Positions 1-10,076 of a stretch of 64,000 nucleotides of DNA are shown in pieces. Origin of the DNA: an uncultured Candidatus Saccharibacteria bacterium (GTDB lineage: Bacteria > Patescibacteriota > Dojkabacteria > J137); assembly GCA_965230975.1 (NCBI GenBank), contig OZ246402.1, positions 928,859 to 992,858 on the forward strand, written 5' to 3'. Numbering within the stretch: position 1 is the first letter of the stretch; each line of letters starts with the position of its first letter. The position numbers and the translations under genes were made by a program. The notes under the pieces are model-generated. The model did no database searches, was not told the origin of the DNA, and saw nothing but the letters and a program-made list of their open reading frames with translations.

Positions 1-31
1 TACTGCAATAAAAGGTTTTAGGCTAGATTTG

Positions 32-838
32 TTATTGCTCCCGAGTATAGTCATTAGGATTTTCGGAAGGGCCAAACATGTCTCGATGCTGTAAGTTATA
101 ACCCGGAGATTCTCTTTTTGATCTTGCATCTCTTTGTAAATAGTCTTCAAGAAATTCCATTCTTGTGTTCGCTTTGGAATCCGAATCAAACTCACTTTGA
201 ATTTTATTAGCTCTAAATATTGCTAAAGCGTTAAACACTCGCATAATTTCATCTTCTACTTGAGGTCTTGTATACTCCGTTAATTGGAATTCAGCAAAAA
301 TACTATCTACAGTTCTAATAATGGATGAAGATATTTCATTATCTAGGGTAGAGTCCTCTTGATAGTTAGCAAGGATAATAGAATACGCATCTACCAGATA
401 ATAAAGGTCTAAGTAATTCTTAACAATATCATCTGTTAAAAAATATCCTAAAAAAGAACTACCAAGTAAAATTTTTAACTCTTTACAATTATTTGAAATT
501 CTTTCATCATCTTGAAACATTGAAAAAACTAATCCATTTTGCAGTAAGGAGCAAACCCAATCCATAGAATCTCTTGCAAAAAATTTAAACAATGTAGTCT
601 CTAGTTCTGGAGGAACTCGATAGACTTCATCTGCTCTAGTAGTTGGTATGTCTATAATTAAATCCGGGTATCTTGTAGTATCATCAATTGAATCACTAGT
701 TAAATAAGTATCTAGTTCTTGACCGAATGAGGTTGGTTGTAAAATTTCAGATGATGCAAATTCCCCATCAGATGAATAATCACTTACATGATCATTCCCT
801 CTATGGTTAAATCTTCCGTCACTTGGCATTATACCCAT
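32..838 (-). CDS. hypothetical protein (orphan, acidic)
   Basis: 268-aa ORF divergent from pyk; no recognisable motif. Confidence 0.7.
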   Translation of the reverse strand: MGIMPSDGRFNHRGNDHVSDYSSDGEFASSEILQPTSFGQELDTYLTSDSIDDTTRYPDLIIDIPTTRADEVYRVPPELETTLFKFFARDSMDWVCSLLQNGLVFSMFQDDERISNNCKELKILLGSSFLGYFLTDDIVKNYLDLYYLVDAYSIILANYQEDSTLDNEISSSIIRTVDSIFAEFQLTEYTRPQVEDEIMRVFNALAIFRANKIQSEFDSDSKANTRMEFLEDYLQRDARSKRESPGYNLQHRDMFGPSENPNDYTREQ

Positions 839-995
839 TTAATTTCATCTAAGAAATATACTGTTATTATAACATGGTAACAAATATAAATAAATAATTT
901 ATATACCTACAAATATTTATAGATTAGTGCTAGAATTCACAGTTCCTAAAAGGAATGTAGTAATATATAACAAATACATTTTTATTTCACTATTT

Positions 996-2396
996 ATGGA
1001 ATATACAAAAAAGACAAAGATTGTATGCACAATCGGACCCTCATCTTGGGATCAAGAGATAATGAGACAGATGATAGAAGCAGGAATGACATGCGCCCGA
1101 GTAAACGGAGCATTTGCAGACGAAGCAGAACTAGATAAAGTAACCGCATTGGTTAGAAACGTATCTAACGAAGTAGCTTTAATGATGGATGTAAAAGGCC
1201 CAGAAGTTAGAATGAACAAATTTGCAGAACCAAAAAAGTTAAATCCTGGCATGGAAGTGGTAATCGGTAACGATGAATCTGCTGAAATCTACCCAGCAAA
1301 CTATAAAGACTTATACAAACACTTAAACCCAGGGCAAAGAATTGTAATCGGAGATGGAGACACAGAACTAATAATCAAATCAATCGAAGGAGACAAAATG
1401 ATTACAGAAGTAGTTTTTGGAGAATTACTAAAACCAGGAAAAGCAATGAACTTACCAGGAGCAGATTTTGCTACGAGTGCATTAACAGACAAAGATATTA
1501 GAAATTTAAAACACTCACTAGAACTAGGTTGGGACTTTGTATCTGCATCTTTTATTCAAACAGCAGAAGCAGCAAGAGAAGTTAAGAAATACTTAGAGGG
1601 TAGCAATATGAAATTGATTGCAAAAATCGAAGATGGAAGCGGAGTTGAAAACATTGACGAAATTTTAGAAGTTGTAGACGGAATTATGGTAGCAAGAGGT
1701 GGACTAGGAGTAGAGTTAGGTTTAGAAAATGTACCAATGGCACAACTAGAATTAATTGAAAAATCAATTGCAATCGGGAAACCTGTAATTACTGCAACTC
1801 AAATGCTTGAATCTATGATTACAAATCCAAGACCAACAAGAGCAGAAGTGAACGATGTTGCAACAGCAATTATGTTAGGAACAGATAGCGTAATGCTTTC
1901 TGGAGAAAGCTCTGCTGGTCAATACCCAGTTGAGGCAGTTAAATTCTTAACAAAAATAGCAAATGCAATTGAACCAAATGTGCAACCAGGAATTGTAGAA
2001 GAACATACTCATGGGCCAGTAGGCACAGACGCTTTAACAAAAGCAGTTGCTCAAATGGCAATTGAAATGGGAGAAGAGATTGACGCAATTATTGTTGTTA
2101 CAAGAACTGGTAGAACTGCAAGATTAATTGGTAGACACGGTGTTAAACAACCATTATATGCATTTGTTTCTGCAGAAAACTTTGTAAGAGAACTTGCAAT
2201 TAGCAAGGGAATTAACAGAGCATTTGTTCAAGAAAGCCCAGTTGCAGATAGAGACACAGCAGTACAGCATGTAATTGAAGAAGCTAAAAAACTTGGAGTG
2301 ATTTCAACTGGACAAAAAGTATTGTTTGTAAGCAAAACCCCAGTAGGAGGTGAAAATTACTTTCCTAATGTATTAGAGGTTATTGAAGTAAAGTAA
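996..2396 (+). CDS. pyk: pyruvate kinase (divergent active-site motifs)
   Basis: KTKIVCTIGP, KGPEVR, AKIE, ATQMLESM, PTRAEVNDVA, MLSGESS motifs; start moved to ATG 996 (MEYTKKTK). Confidence 0.95.
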   Translation: MEYTKKTKIVCTIGPSSWDQEIMRQMIEAGMTCARVNGAFADEAELDKVTALVRNVSNEVALMMDVKGPEVRMNKFAEPKKLNPGMEVVIGNDESAEIYPANYKDLYKHLNPGQRIVIGDGDTELIIKSIEGDKMITEVVFGELLKPGKAMNLPGADFATSALTDKDIRNLKHSLELGWDFVSASFIQTAEAAREVKKYLEGSNMKLIAKIEDGSGVENIDEILEVVDGIMVARGGLGVELGLENVPMAQLELIEKSIAIGKPVITATQMLESMITNPRPTRAEVNDVATAIMLGTDSVMLSGESSAGQYPVEAVKFLTKIANAIEPNVQPGIVEEHTHGPVGTDALTKAVAQMAIEMGEEIDAIIVVTRTGRTARLIGRHGVKQPLYAFVSAENFVRELAISKGINRAFVQESPVADRDTAVQHVIEEAKKLGVISTGQKVLFVSKTPVGGENYFPNVLEVIEVK

Positions 2397-2397
2397 A

Positions 2398-2667
2398 ATG
2401 ACACAAACAATACAAGTAGACTTTGAAGGATCGGCAAGAAACGACAGAACACAAAAGTTAATGGATACATTAATTTGGATGTCATCTGTGGAACCATCTG
2501 AAGTTTTAGCGGCAATTCAACGAACACCAGAAGATAGATTTAAATCTGAGTGGGGATTTGATCGAACAGAGATATTTGAATACTATGCAGATTACCTAGA
2601 GGCTTGGAAACGAGAGAACGGATTTGAAACAGCAAACGAGGAAACTATCGTAGTACCATTTAAATAG
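2398..2667 (+). CDS. hypothetical protein coupled to pyk
   Basis: 89-aa ORF starting 1 nt after the pyk stop. Confidence 0.7.
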   Translation: MTQTIQVDFEGSARNDRTQKLMDTLIWMSSVEPSEVLAAIQRTPEDRFKSEWGFDRTEIFEYYADYLEAWKRENGFETANEETIVVPFK

Positions 2668-2688
2668 CAATTAGTTAATTTTCTTAAA

Positions 2689-2708
2689 GGCCCAGATAAA
2701 TCTGGGTC
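2689..2708. terminator. hairpin between convergent genes
   Basis: ggcccaga-taaa-tctgggtc stem-loop (one G-U pair). Confidence 0.55.
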
Positions 2709-2723
2709 GCTTTATTAGGTTTA

Positions 2724-3845
2724 TTACCCTAAAGTTATTGAATTTGAGTAATCTAAATTTGAAAGCAGATTTAGTAGATCAATTACTTCTGGTAAAGCAA
2801 TATTGTTGTATTCAGGATTTATTGAATCGTAAACAACATAAGGTGCAACTCCATGACCACGATCCTTTGTAATAGAAAAATTTATAATATCTCCTGTTTG
2901 AGTATCTAAATTAAATGTCAGATCAAAAGAGTAATATGTCCCCACATCATCTCTGTAGCCTATCTCATAACTTTTATTGGTAACAGAATCCCTTACATCT
3001 GGCACAAGTTCGGTTAAAAGCGATAATGCACCACTCCTAAAGAATCCATATTGTCTACCCAGTGAAGTTATTAGCGAAGATAATTCTGGGTAATTTTCCA
3101 TTGCCTGAGATGAAAAAGCTCTTCTATCTAATTCTACCTTGACCTTTAAAAAGGACCCTGGGCCATCTTGAGTTGTTCTACCTTGTACAGCAATCATCTC
3201 TTGCAATTGTCTTAAAAACTCAACTGAACTTACAACTCGACTATTTGGTCTTCTTTCCCAAACAGAGGCCCAAACATTAAGGCTATATGTTCTTTCAAAG
3301 CTTCCATCAGACATCAGCCGCAAACCCAAACTACCCAAAAATATCTCTTCATTCTCCGAAACACCTTCTCGTGATAATAGTAAATTAATTGATAGATCGT
3401 ATACTTCTGAATTGAAAAGCTGATACAACTGGGCATCTGACATATTCGAAATAATAATCAATTCGTTTATTATCTCTTCGCTTGTTAGAAATTCAGTTAA
3501 AGATTCTTCTATGTTTTGAGTTTGAAGTAAATCATCAAGTATTTGATTACCTGTATGTCTGTTTTGAAGAAGTATATAAATAAATATTACAAGTACTAAG
3601 GTTCCGATCATGGAGTATTTAGGTAAATTACCCAATCGATTTTTAAATTCTAAAAGTTCTGGTTTGCCAGAAGCCATTATATAAGTAATTATTTCAACTA
3701 AAGCTCTCCACGCAGGATTACGCATTGCAACTTCATGCTCAGAAGGACTTTTTACTTCATCTTCGATAAAATTTTCGTCAAATTCTTCAAAATTGTTCAT
3801 ATCTGATTGTCTTAATATACTTGCTAATAGATCAGTATCAGTCAC
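2724..3845 (-). CDS. hypothetical protein with a single transmembrane segment
   Basis: 373-aa ORF, GTG start; hydrophobic IGTLVLVIFIYILL. Confidence 0.7.
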   Translation of the reverse strand: MTDTDLLASILRQSDMNNFEEFDENFIEDEVKSPSEHEVAMRNPAWRALVEIITYIMASGKPELLEFKNRLGNLPKYSMIGTLVLVIFIYILLQNRHTGNQILDDLLQTQNIEESLTEFLTSEEIINELIIISNMSDAQLYQLFNSEVYDLSINLLLSREGVSENEEIFLGSLGLRLMSDGSFERTYSLNVWASVWERRPNSRVVSSVEFLRQLQEMIAVQGRTTQDGPGSFLKVKVELDRRAFSSQAMENYPELSSLITSLGRQYGFFRSGALSLLTELVPDVRDSVTNKSYEIGYRDDVGTYYSFDLTFNLDTQTGDIINFSITKDRGHGVAPYVVYDSINPEYNNIALPEVIDLLNLLSNLDYSNSITLG

Positions 3846-4033
3846 TGTAATTTATTATAGGGTAGATTATATAATGCAAGCCGAATATAAGCAATCAAAT
3901 GTCACCATTTTACAATGTCACATACATAACTAAACAATATTCAAGTGACAAAAATAAATCTTTACAGTAAACTCATAACGTTATAAATAATAGTTTTGTT
4001 GTAATAATGTATTAGTGTTTTATAGTAAGTTTG

Positions 4034-4054
4034 ACTATATAACGTTAGAACTAT
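4034..4054 (+). promoter_or_regulatory. candidate operator shared with the acetyl-CoA synthetase upstream region
   Basis: actatataacgttagaactat, 19/21 identical to 23565-23585. Confidence 0.4.
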
Positions 4055-4102
4055 AAAACAATAAGACTGTTAGAATTAAAAATATATATTATCAACTTAT
4101 AT

Positions 4103-5140
4103 ATGGCAACAAGAGTAGCAATCAATGGATTCGGAAGAATCGGAAGACTTGTTTACAGAGCTCTTTTAGAAAAAGAGATGCTTAACGGACAAGTGGAAGT
4201 TGTAGCAGTAAATGACTTAGTACCTGCAGACAACCTAGCTTACTTACTAAAATACGATACAACTCATGGAAGATTACCATTTGATGTAAAAGTTGTAGGC
4301 GAAGATACAATTGAAGTATCAAAGAACGGCAAAGTAATTTCTACAATCAAAGCTTTGGCTATGAAAGCAACACCAGCAGAATTGCCATGGAAAGATCATA
4401 ATATTGATATAGTAATCGAATCTACAGGATTCTTTACAAAAAAAGCAGATGCTAGCGGACACTTAACAGCAGGGGCTAAAAAAGTAATTATTTCAGCTCC
4501 ATCTGATGAAGATGTAAAAACAATTCTAATGGGCGTTAATCATGAGCAATACAATGGAGAAGAGCTAGTTAGCAACGCAAGTTGTACAACAAACTGCTTA
4601 GCACCATTAGTACATGTTTTATTAACAGAAGGAATTGGACTTGAAGAAGGATTAATGACAACCGCTCACGCATATACAGCAACACAAAGTGTTATGGACG
4701 GACCATCTAGAAAAGCATTTAGAGATGGTAGAGCAGCAGCAATGAACATTATCCCTGCATCTACCGGTGCTGCAAAAGCAATCGGCTTGGTAATTCCACA
4801 AATGAAAGGAAAACTAACAGGAATGTCTTTCAGAGTTCCAGTATCAGATGTTTCAGTAGTTGATTTAACATTCAAACCAACAAAAGATACATCTTTAGCA
4901 GAAATTAATGCTGCAATGAAGAAGGCTTCTGAAACATATTTAAAAGGAGTTTTGGATTATACAGAAGAACCAGTAGTTTCAAGCGACTTTATTCACTCTA
5001 GTGCATCTAGCACTTACGATTCTGGAGCATGCATTGAATTAAACCCTAGATTCTTTAAAATAGTTGCTTGGTACGATAACGAATGGGGCTATTCAAATAG
5101 AATGGCAGACCTGCTTGAATTAGTTGTTTCAAAAATGTAA
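4103..5140 (+). CDS. gap: type I glyceraldehyde-3-phosphate dehydrogenase
   Basis: [35 protein letters not shown]. Confidence 0.98.
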   Translation: MATRVAINGFGRIGRLVYRALLEKEMLNGQVEVVAVNDLVPADNLAYLLKYDTTHGRLPFDVKVVGEDTIEVSKNGKVISTIKALAMKATPAELPWKDHNIDIVIESTGFFTKKADASGHLTAGAKKVIISAPSDEDVKTILMGVNHEQYNGEELVSNASCTTNCLAPLVHVLLTEGIGLEEGLMTTAHAYTATQSVMDGPSRKAFRDGRAAAMNIIPASTGAAKAIGLVIPQMKGKLTGMSFRVPVSDVSVVDLTFKPTKDTSLAEINAAMKKASETYLKGVLDYTEEPVVSSDFIHSSASSTYDSGACIELNPRFFKIVAWYDNEWGYSNRMADLLELVVSKM

Positions 5141-5149
5141 TTTTATTAC

Positions 5150-5719
5150 ATGATTAGTCAACCCGAAACAGGGGAGGTTGTGTACACAACCTCCCCTGAG
5201 CAAGAAAAACTTTTAGAAGAGCTTAACGATCTAAAAACAAACTTACTTCAAAACTACCCTCAAATTCCACAACAAATAATTGATGATATATTTAACGAGT
5301 GTACTAATCTTGTGCTAAATGGAAATAGAAGTGATGCTTATACCAGGCATAGTTTATATGCAGAATTTCATAATCTAGAAAGAAGAATTCTAAGTATTCA
5401 GAGTAGAGAAAATCAAGCAAAAGAAAATCCTATCAACTTAGAGTTACTGGAATATGCAAAAATTGGAATTGCCAGCATTTCAAATTCTTCTGGGTTTTTG
5501 ACTATGGGTGCAGTATTAATATTATATTTAACAGCTCTGGATCAATTATACACATCATCAACCAGCCGGGAACTATCTACATTTACACCATTAATGTGCT
5601 TAATTTTGTTAATGGCAATCTTTGAAGCATTGCTTGCTAAAGATTTAGCTATAGATTTTAAAAATAGAGTAGAAAAGAAAAAATCTGAAATATCTAAAAA
5701 TCATGAAGCCGAGAGTTAA
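5150..5719 (+). CDS. hypothetical membrane protein
   Basis: 189 aa, two C-terminal hydrophobic segments, starts 9 nt after gap. Confidence 0.7.
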   Translation: MISQPETGEVVYTTSPEQEKLLEELNDLKTNLLQNYPQIPQQIIDDIFNECTNLVLNGNRSDAYTRHSLYAEFHNLERRILSIQSRENQAKENPINLELLEYAKIGIASISNSSGFLTMGAVLILYLTALDQLYTSSTSRELSTFTPLMCLILLMAIFEALLAKDLAIDFKNRVEKKKSEISKNHEAES

Positions 5720-5800
5720 CGGATTTAATTGACACAATAAGTTTACAAGGTCTGTTGCCAAACGGCGATTACTGACACAAGTGTGCTATAATCCCACTAT

Positions 5801-6076
5801 ATGAAAAGCGAATCGGAGAGCGGATTTTTAAAAGATCTAGACTTACCAGAATATCCTGACTTTAACAAGCTTGAATTTTGGGATGGAGTTCTTGCTATAA
5901 TTTTAAGTTTCACCCTGATTCTTAGTGCCCTCACAACTGGGATAATAATCCTTATAGATACTGGCGATATAAACAATTTAAACCCAATACCGTTTTTACA
6001 GCAAATTACCCAGGGTGACTTTTTTAGTGATTTAAAGGCAGAAAATTTACAATTTTTTGTAGATAGAGAACCTTAA
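5801..6076 (+). CDS. small hypothetical membrane protein, probably leaderless
   Basis: one TM segment; TGcTATAAT ends 8 nt before the ATG. Confidence 0.65.
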   Translation: MKSESESGFLKDLDLPEYPDFNKLEFWDGVLAIILSFTLILSALTTGIIILIDTGDINNLNPIPFLQQITQGDFFSDLKAENLQFFVDREP

Positions 6077-6133
6077 TAGTGACAAAATCCTTTCCAGGTA
6101 TTAATATTAAATGTTACCTCTAAATTAATCACT

Positions 6134-7354
6134 ATGTATAAAATTCAACCCCAAAAAATACAAGAGAAATCGTACAAAAACATTGCAAATCTACCAGACC
6201 AAAGAGTAATTATTAGATCCTGCCTTAACGTTACAGTTGATAAAGATGGCAGAGTAACCGATGCAACAAGGCTAAATGAATCACTGCCTTTAATACAAGA
6301 ACTTGCCGGCAAAGCACAAAACTTAGTTATAATGGCTCACTTGGGCCGACCTAAAGAAAGAAGCCAAGATACAAGCTTTTGGCACTTAGCTCAGCTACTT
6401 GGAGTGGAACTTGAAAAACAAGGTGTAAGCCTAAAGCTAATATCTGACTTAACAGATAGCGCATTAGAAGAGATAAAAAATAATCAAGATTCAAAACAGG
6501 TTTTCTTGCTAGAAAATATTAGATATTTTGAAGGAGAAGACTCTAAAGATGCCGCCCACAGATTTGCATTTGCCAATACACTAGCTTCTTTAGGTACTGT
6601 GTTTATTAACGATGCCTTTGCAGATTACAGAGAATCTGCATCTAGTTATGATATTGCAAAACTATTACCTAGCTTTTTAGGGCCAGTATTTATTAGAGAA
6701 GTAGAGGCACTTTCCAAATTTAATAATCCAGAAAAACCTTTTATAGCAGTGTTAGGTGGCGCAAAGCTTTCAGAAAAATTAGATGCATTAAAATCATTAC
6801 TAGAAATAGCAGATAAAGTTATTGTTGGTGGGGCAATGGCATATACTTTGCTTAAAGCAGAAGGGAAAGAGATTGGTAACTCCTTATTTGAATTAGACAA
6901 ACTTGAAGTTGCTAAAGAGATCATTTCCAAATATAAAAGCAAGCTTGTACTACCTGTAGACCATTTAGTTTGTGATATATTTAACGAAGAAAGCGCATTA
7001 AACTCTATTGTTATAGACCAACAAGAAATTCCAAACGGCAAAATAGCAATTGATTTGGGCCCAGATTCAATAGCATTATTCAAAGACGAGCTCTCAAAAG
7101 CAAAATCCATTTTATGGAATGGACCAATGGGAGTTTCTGAATGGGAGGTCTCATCTAAAGGAACAACTGCTATGGGTTCTGCAATATCTTCTAATTTAGA
7201 TGCCTATATACTAGCAGGAGGAGGAGATTCTATTGCAGCAATTAATAAATTTGGGTTAACCGGGTTTGACCATGTTTCTACAGGAGGTGGAGCAATGTTG
7301 GCATTCTTAGCTTATGATAAATTCCCAATATTAGATGTTATTGTAGAAAAATAA
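6134..7354 (+). CDS. pgk: phosphoglycerate kinase
   Basis: HLGRP, LENIRY, NDAF, GGAK, WNGPMG, GGGDS, STGGGA. Confidence 0.95.
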   Translation: MYKIQPQKIQEKSYKNIANLPDQRVIIRSCLNVTVDKDGRVTDATRLNESLPLIQELAGKAQNLVIMAHLGRPKERSQDTSFWHLAQLLGVELEKQGVSLKLISDLTDSALEEIKNNQDSKQVFLLENIRYFEGEDSKDAAHRFAFANTLASLGTVFINDAFADYRESASSYDIAKLLPSFLGPVFIREVEALSKFNNPEKPFIAVLGGAKLSEKLDALKSLLEIADKVIVGGAMAYTLLKAEGKEIGNSLFELDKLEVAKEIISKYKSKLVLPVDHLVCDIFNEESALNSIVIDQQEIPNGKIAIDLGPDSIALFKDELSKAKSILWNGPMGVSEWEVSSKGTTAMGSAISSNLDAYILAGGGDSIAAINKFGLTGFDHVSTGGGAMLAFLAYDKFPILDVIVEK

Positions 7355-7383
7355 GCTAAAGATTTATAAAAACTATAAAAAAA

Positions 7384-7405
7384 GGACCCCGATGCATCGG
7401 GGTCC
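7384..7405. terminator. CCCCGA-family palindrome, likely bidirectional terminator
   Basis: perfect palindrome ggaccccgatgcatcggggtcc between convergent genes, A-run 5' and T-run 3'. Confidence 0.75.
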
Positions 7406-7426
7406 CTTTAGTTAAAACGAGATTAA

Positions 7427-7978
7427 TTATTTTCTATCTTTATTCCAAAGTAAATAATTACCTGCAATAAAAGCAATTACAGTTGCTACAGTTACCCACC
7501 AAATCAAACTATTAATTTGATTAAAAACTTGAGTATTGTAATAGTAAGAAACGATAGAACATTTAACTTCGCAAACTAACGAACTTGCATCTCTCATATA
7601 TGCTAAAGTTCTAACAATAATTGCTAAAGATAAATTAAAGAAGAAAAGCTGAGAAATAAAACCTAAAAATGTATTTAAAAATAATATTGCAGGAAAATTT
7701 GCTGACTTAGTTGTTGCTACTTTAGTAATGTTAATTAAGTAAGCAACTATGTTGTATGCAAAAAATATTAGTAATCCAACTCCGTACAATACAACTACAA
7801 ACTTAATTAAATCATCACTTCTTTTTAGTATTGTTGTAAATATTCCCAACGAGATCATAAAAAACAGACTGCCTAAAAACGTTCTTAGCATTATGGTATT
7901 TGCACTAAGCCTTTTGTTAAGACTAGATATTCTAGATTTTGCAGGTGACACAACTCTCTGTAATCTTTGTTTTACCAT
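7427..7978 (-). CDS. hypothetical 4-TM membrane protein
   Basis: four hydrophobic segments; start moved to MVKQR to avoid overlap with flavodoxin. Confidence 0.7.
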   Translation of the reverse strand: MVKQRLQRVVSPAKSRISSLNKRLSANTIMLRTFLGSLFFMISLGIFTTILKRSDDLIKFVVVLYGVGLLIFFAYNIVAYLINITKVATTKSANFPAILFLNTFLGFISQLFFFNLSLAIIVRTLAYMRDASSLVCEVKCSIVSYYYNTQVFNQINSLIWWVTVATVIAFIAGNYLLWNKDRK

Positions 7979-8037
7979 TTTTACATTTTTAAAAAATAAG
8001 TTTACAATAAAGATATTATAGTAAAAACAAAGCCCAT

Positions 8038-8541
8038 ATGTATACATCTGAAATTAGAAAAAAAAGTAAAGTTTTAATCGTTTATGCTACTACAAGTGGT
8101 AACTCAGAAATGGTTGCAGAGGCTATTGCAGATGGCATCAATCAATCAGACCATGCAATTGAGGCAGAATGCGTAAGGGCAGAAGTTACTAAACCCTCTG
8201 AACTAAATAAATTTAGCGCTTCTATACTTATTGCATCTACTTGGAATGTGGGGTTATTAAACGATAACATGGTCCCTTTTAATAAAGATTTGCTATCAAT
8301 GAAAATGGATGGAAAGTTAATTGATGTTGTTGGGTTAGGAGATAGTAAAAATTATGACATTTATAATGGTGCAGCAGATATTTTAGAAAATACCGTTAAG
8401 AAAGTTGGTGCTAGTCAAGTTATGCCTACTTTAAAAATAGATGGAGAGGTTTTTAGCAGACTTGAAGAATATAAAGCTTGGGGCAAAATTTATGCAGAAA
8501 AACTTGTTAAAAAGCTTTCCAGCAATACACTTTCCGAGTAA
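8038..8541 (+). CDS. flavodoxin
   Basis: YATTSGNSEMVAEAI FMN-phosphate loop; STWN and GLGDS motifs. Confidence 0.9.
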   Translation: MYTSEIRKKSKVLIVYATTSGNSEMVAEAIADGINQSDHAIEAECVRAEVTKPSELNKFSASILIASTWNVGLLNDNMVPFNKDLLSMKMDGKLIDVVGLGDSKNYDIYNGAADILENTVKKVGASQVMPTLKIDGEVFSRLEEYKAWGKIYAEKLVKKLSSNTLSE

Positions 8542-8574
8542 AATACATATACTTTATTAATTAACTGATTACTT

Positions 8575-9696
8575 ATGTTTAAGAAAATTGGAATTATCAA
8601 TTCTGGTGGAGATGTTCAAGGTTTAAATGCTGTAATAGCTTCTGCAGTAATTTATGGCTCAAAAATGAACTATAAATTTGTTGGGTTTATTAAAGGGTGG
8701 GAAGGCTTGTTAGACTTAGACTATATAGAATTAGATACCCAATCAGTTAGAGGTATTAGCCACACAGGTGGTACAATTTTACACTCAGTAAATAAAGGTA
8801 GGTTTGCAGGTAAAGCCGGATTAAACGGTAGCCAATCTTCAATACCATCAGAAATATTAGATTTAGCTATTGAAAATATTAAAAAGCTTGATTTGCATGC
8901 TTTAATAGTAATTGGAGGAGATGGAACTTTATCTGGGGCAATTCAATTAGCAGAGAGAGGGATCAATATAGTAGGCGTTCCTAAAACAATTGATAACGAC
9001 TTAAGTAGCACAGACCAAACATTTGGATTTAGTACTGCTGTAAACATTGCAGTAGAAGCGCTAGATAGAATCCATACGACAGCTACTAGCCACGATAGAG
9101 TAATGATCGTAGAGACAATGGGTAGACACGCAGGCTGGATCGCTTTACACGCCGGTTTAGCAGGTGGTGCAGATGCAATTTTATTACCTGAATTTGATTT
9201 TCAATACTCAGAACTTGTTAAATTTTTAAGATGGAGAAAAACAGTTGGAAGAAACTATTCTGTAATTGTAGTATCTGAAGGTGCAAAAGCAATAGGCGAA
9301 GAACTTGCAGCTAAAAATCTTGGGGCTCCAGAAGTTAAACTTGGAGGTATTTCAGAACAAGTTATGAACAGATTAAATGAGTTAGCACCAGGTGAATTCG
9401 AAATTAGAAATGTAGTTTTAGGACACATTCAAAGAGGAGGTACACCTAATGCAGAAGATAGAATTTATGCAAAATCTTATGGAGCTGCAGCTGTAAATGC
9501 TATTCACAATAATCGATTTGGAAACATGATTGCACTACAGGCTGGTAAACTAATCGAGATTCCAATAAAAGAAGCTATTTCTAAATTCAACTTAGTTACC
9601 CCACAAGCATTGGCTTATATCACAGCCAAAAGATTAGGCGTTTTCATGGGAGAGTGTAGAGATGGTGTGTGCGGTACCGGTGTTGAAAGTAAATAA
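8575..9696 (+). CDS. pfkA: 6-phosphofructokinase (PfkA family, GGDG/PKTIDND type, probably ATP-dependent)
   Basis: SGGDVQGLNA, GGDGT, PKTIDNDL, ETMGRHAGWIA, GHIQRGG. Confidence 0.95.
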   Translation: MFKKIGIINSGGDVQGLNAVIASAVIYGSKMNYKFVGFIKGWEGLLDLDYIELDTQSVRGISHTGGTILHSVNKGRFAGKAGLNGSQSSIPSEILDLAIENIKKLDLHALIVIGGDGTLSGAIQLAERGINIVGVPKTIDNDLSSTDQTFGFSTAVNIAVEALDRIHTTATSHDRVMIVETMGRHAGWIALHAGLAGGADAILLPEFDFQYSELVKFLRWRKTVGRNYSVIVVSEGAKAIGEELAAKNLGAPEVKLGGISEQVMNRLNELAPGEFEIRNVVLGHIQRGGTPNAEDRIYAKSYGAAAVNAIHNNRFGNMIALQAGKLIEIPIKEAISKFNLVTPQALAYITAKRLGVFMGECRDGVCGTGVESK

Positions 9697-10076
9697 TTCT
9701 ATTTGGAAAATATAACTGAATCAAGCAAGTATATTCTTGGCCAGGTATAACTCTTTTTTATAAACCAAGTATTTGGTATACGACAAAGTTCACCCATTTT
9801 TAGGAATAGTTTCTATATAATACCCCAAAACCCGTTACTCACATTGGTTTAATTGCACACTAAAGTAGGTTGTATACCAAAGTTACAGAACAAAGTCGGA
9901 TACCAAAATTCAAATTTCAGTTTTGGACACCAGATATTCTTTTATGTTTAATAAATCTTTAAATTTAACAAGTCTCCCTCACAATTTTTCTAAAATATCC
10001 AATACTTGAACTATAAAAAATACAGGGGAAAAGAAATTCCAATAATAGTTTAATTTTTAAGTTTTGAGCTTTTAAA

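Noticed and set aside
9697-10076. 380-bp gap after pfkA with repeated ataccaaa
   Set aside because: No ORF, stable structure or regular period; probably a decayed gene.
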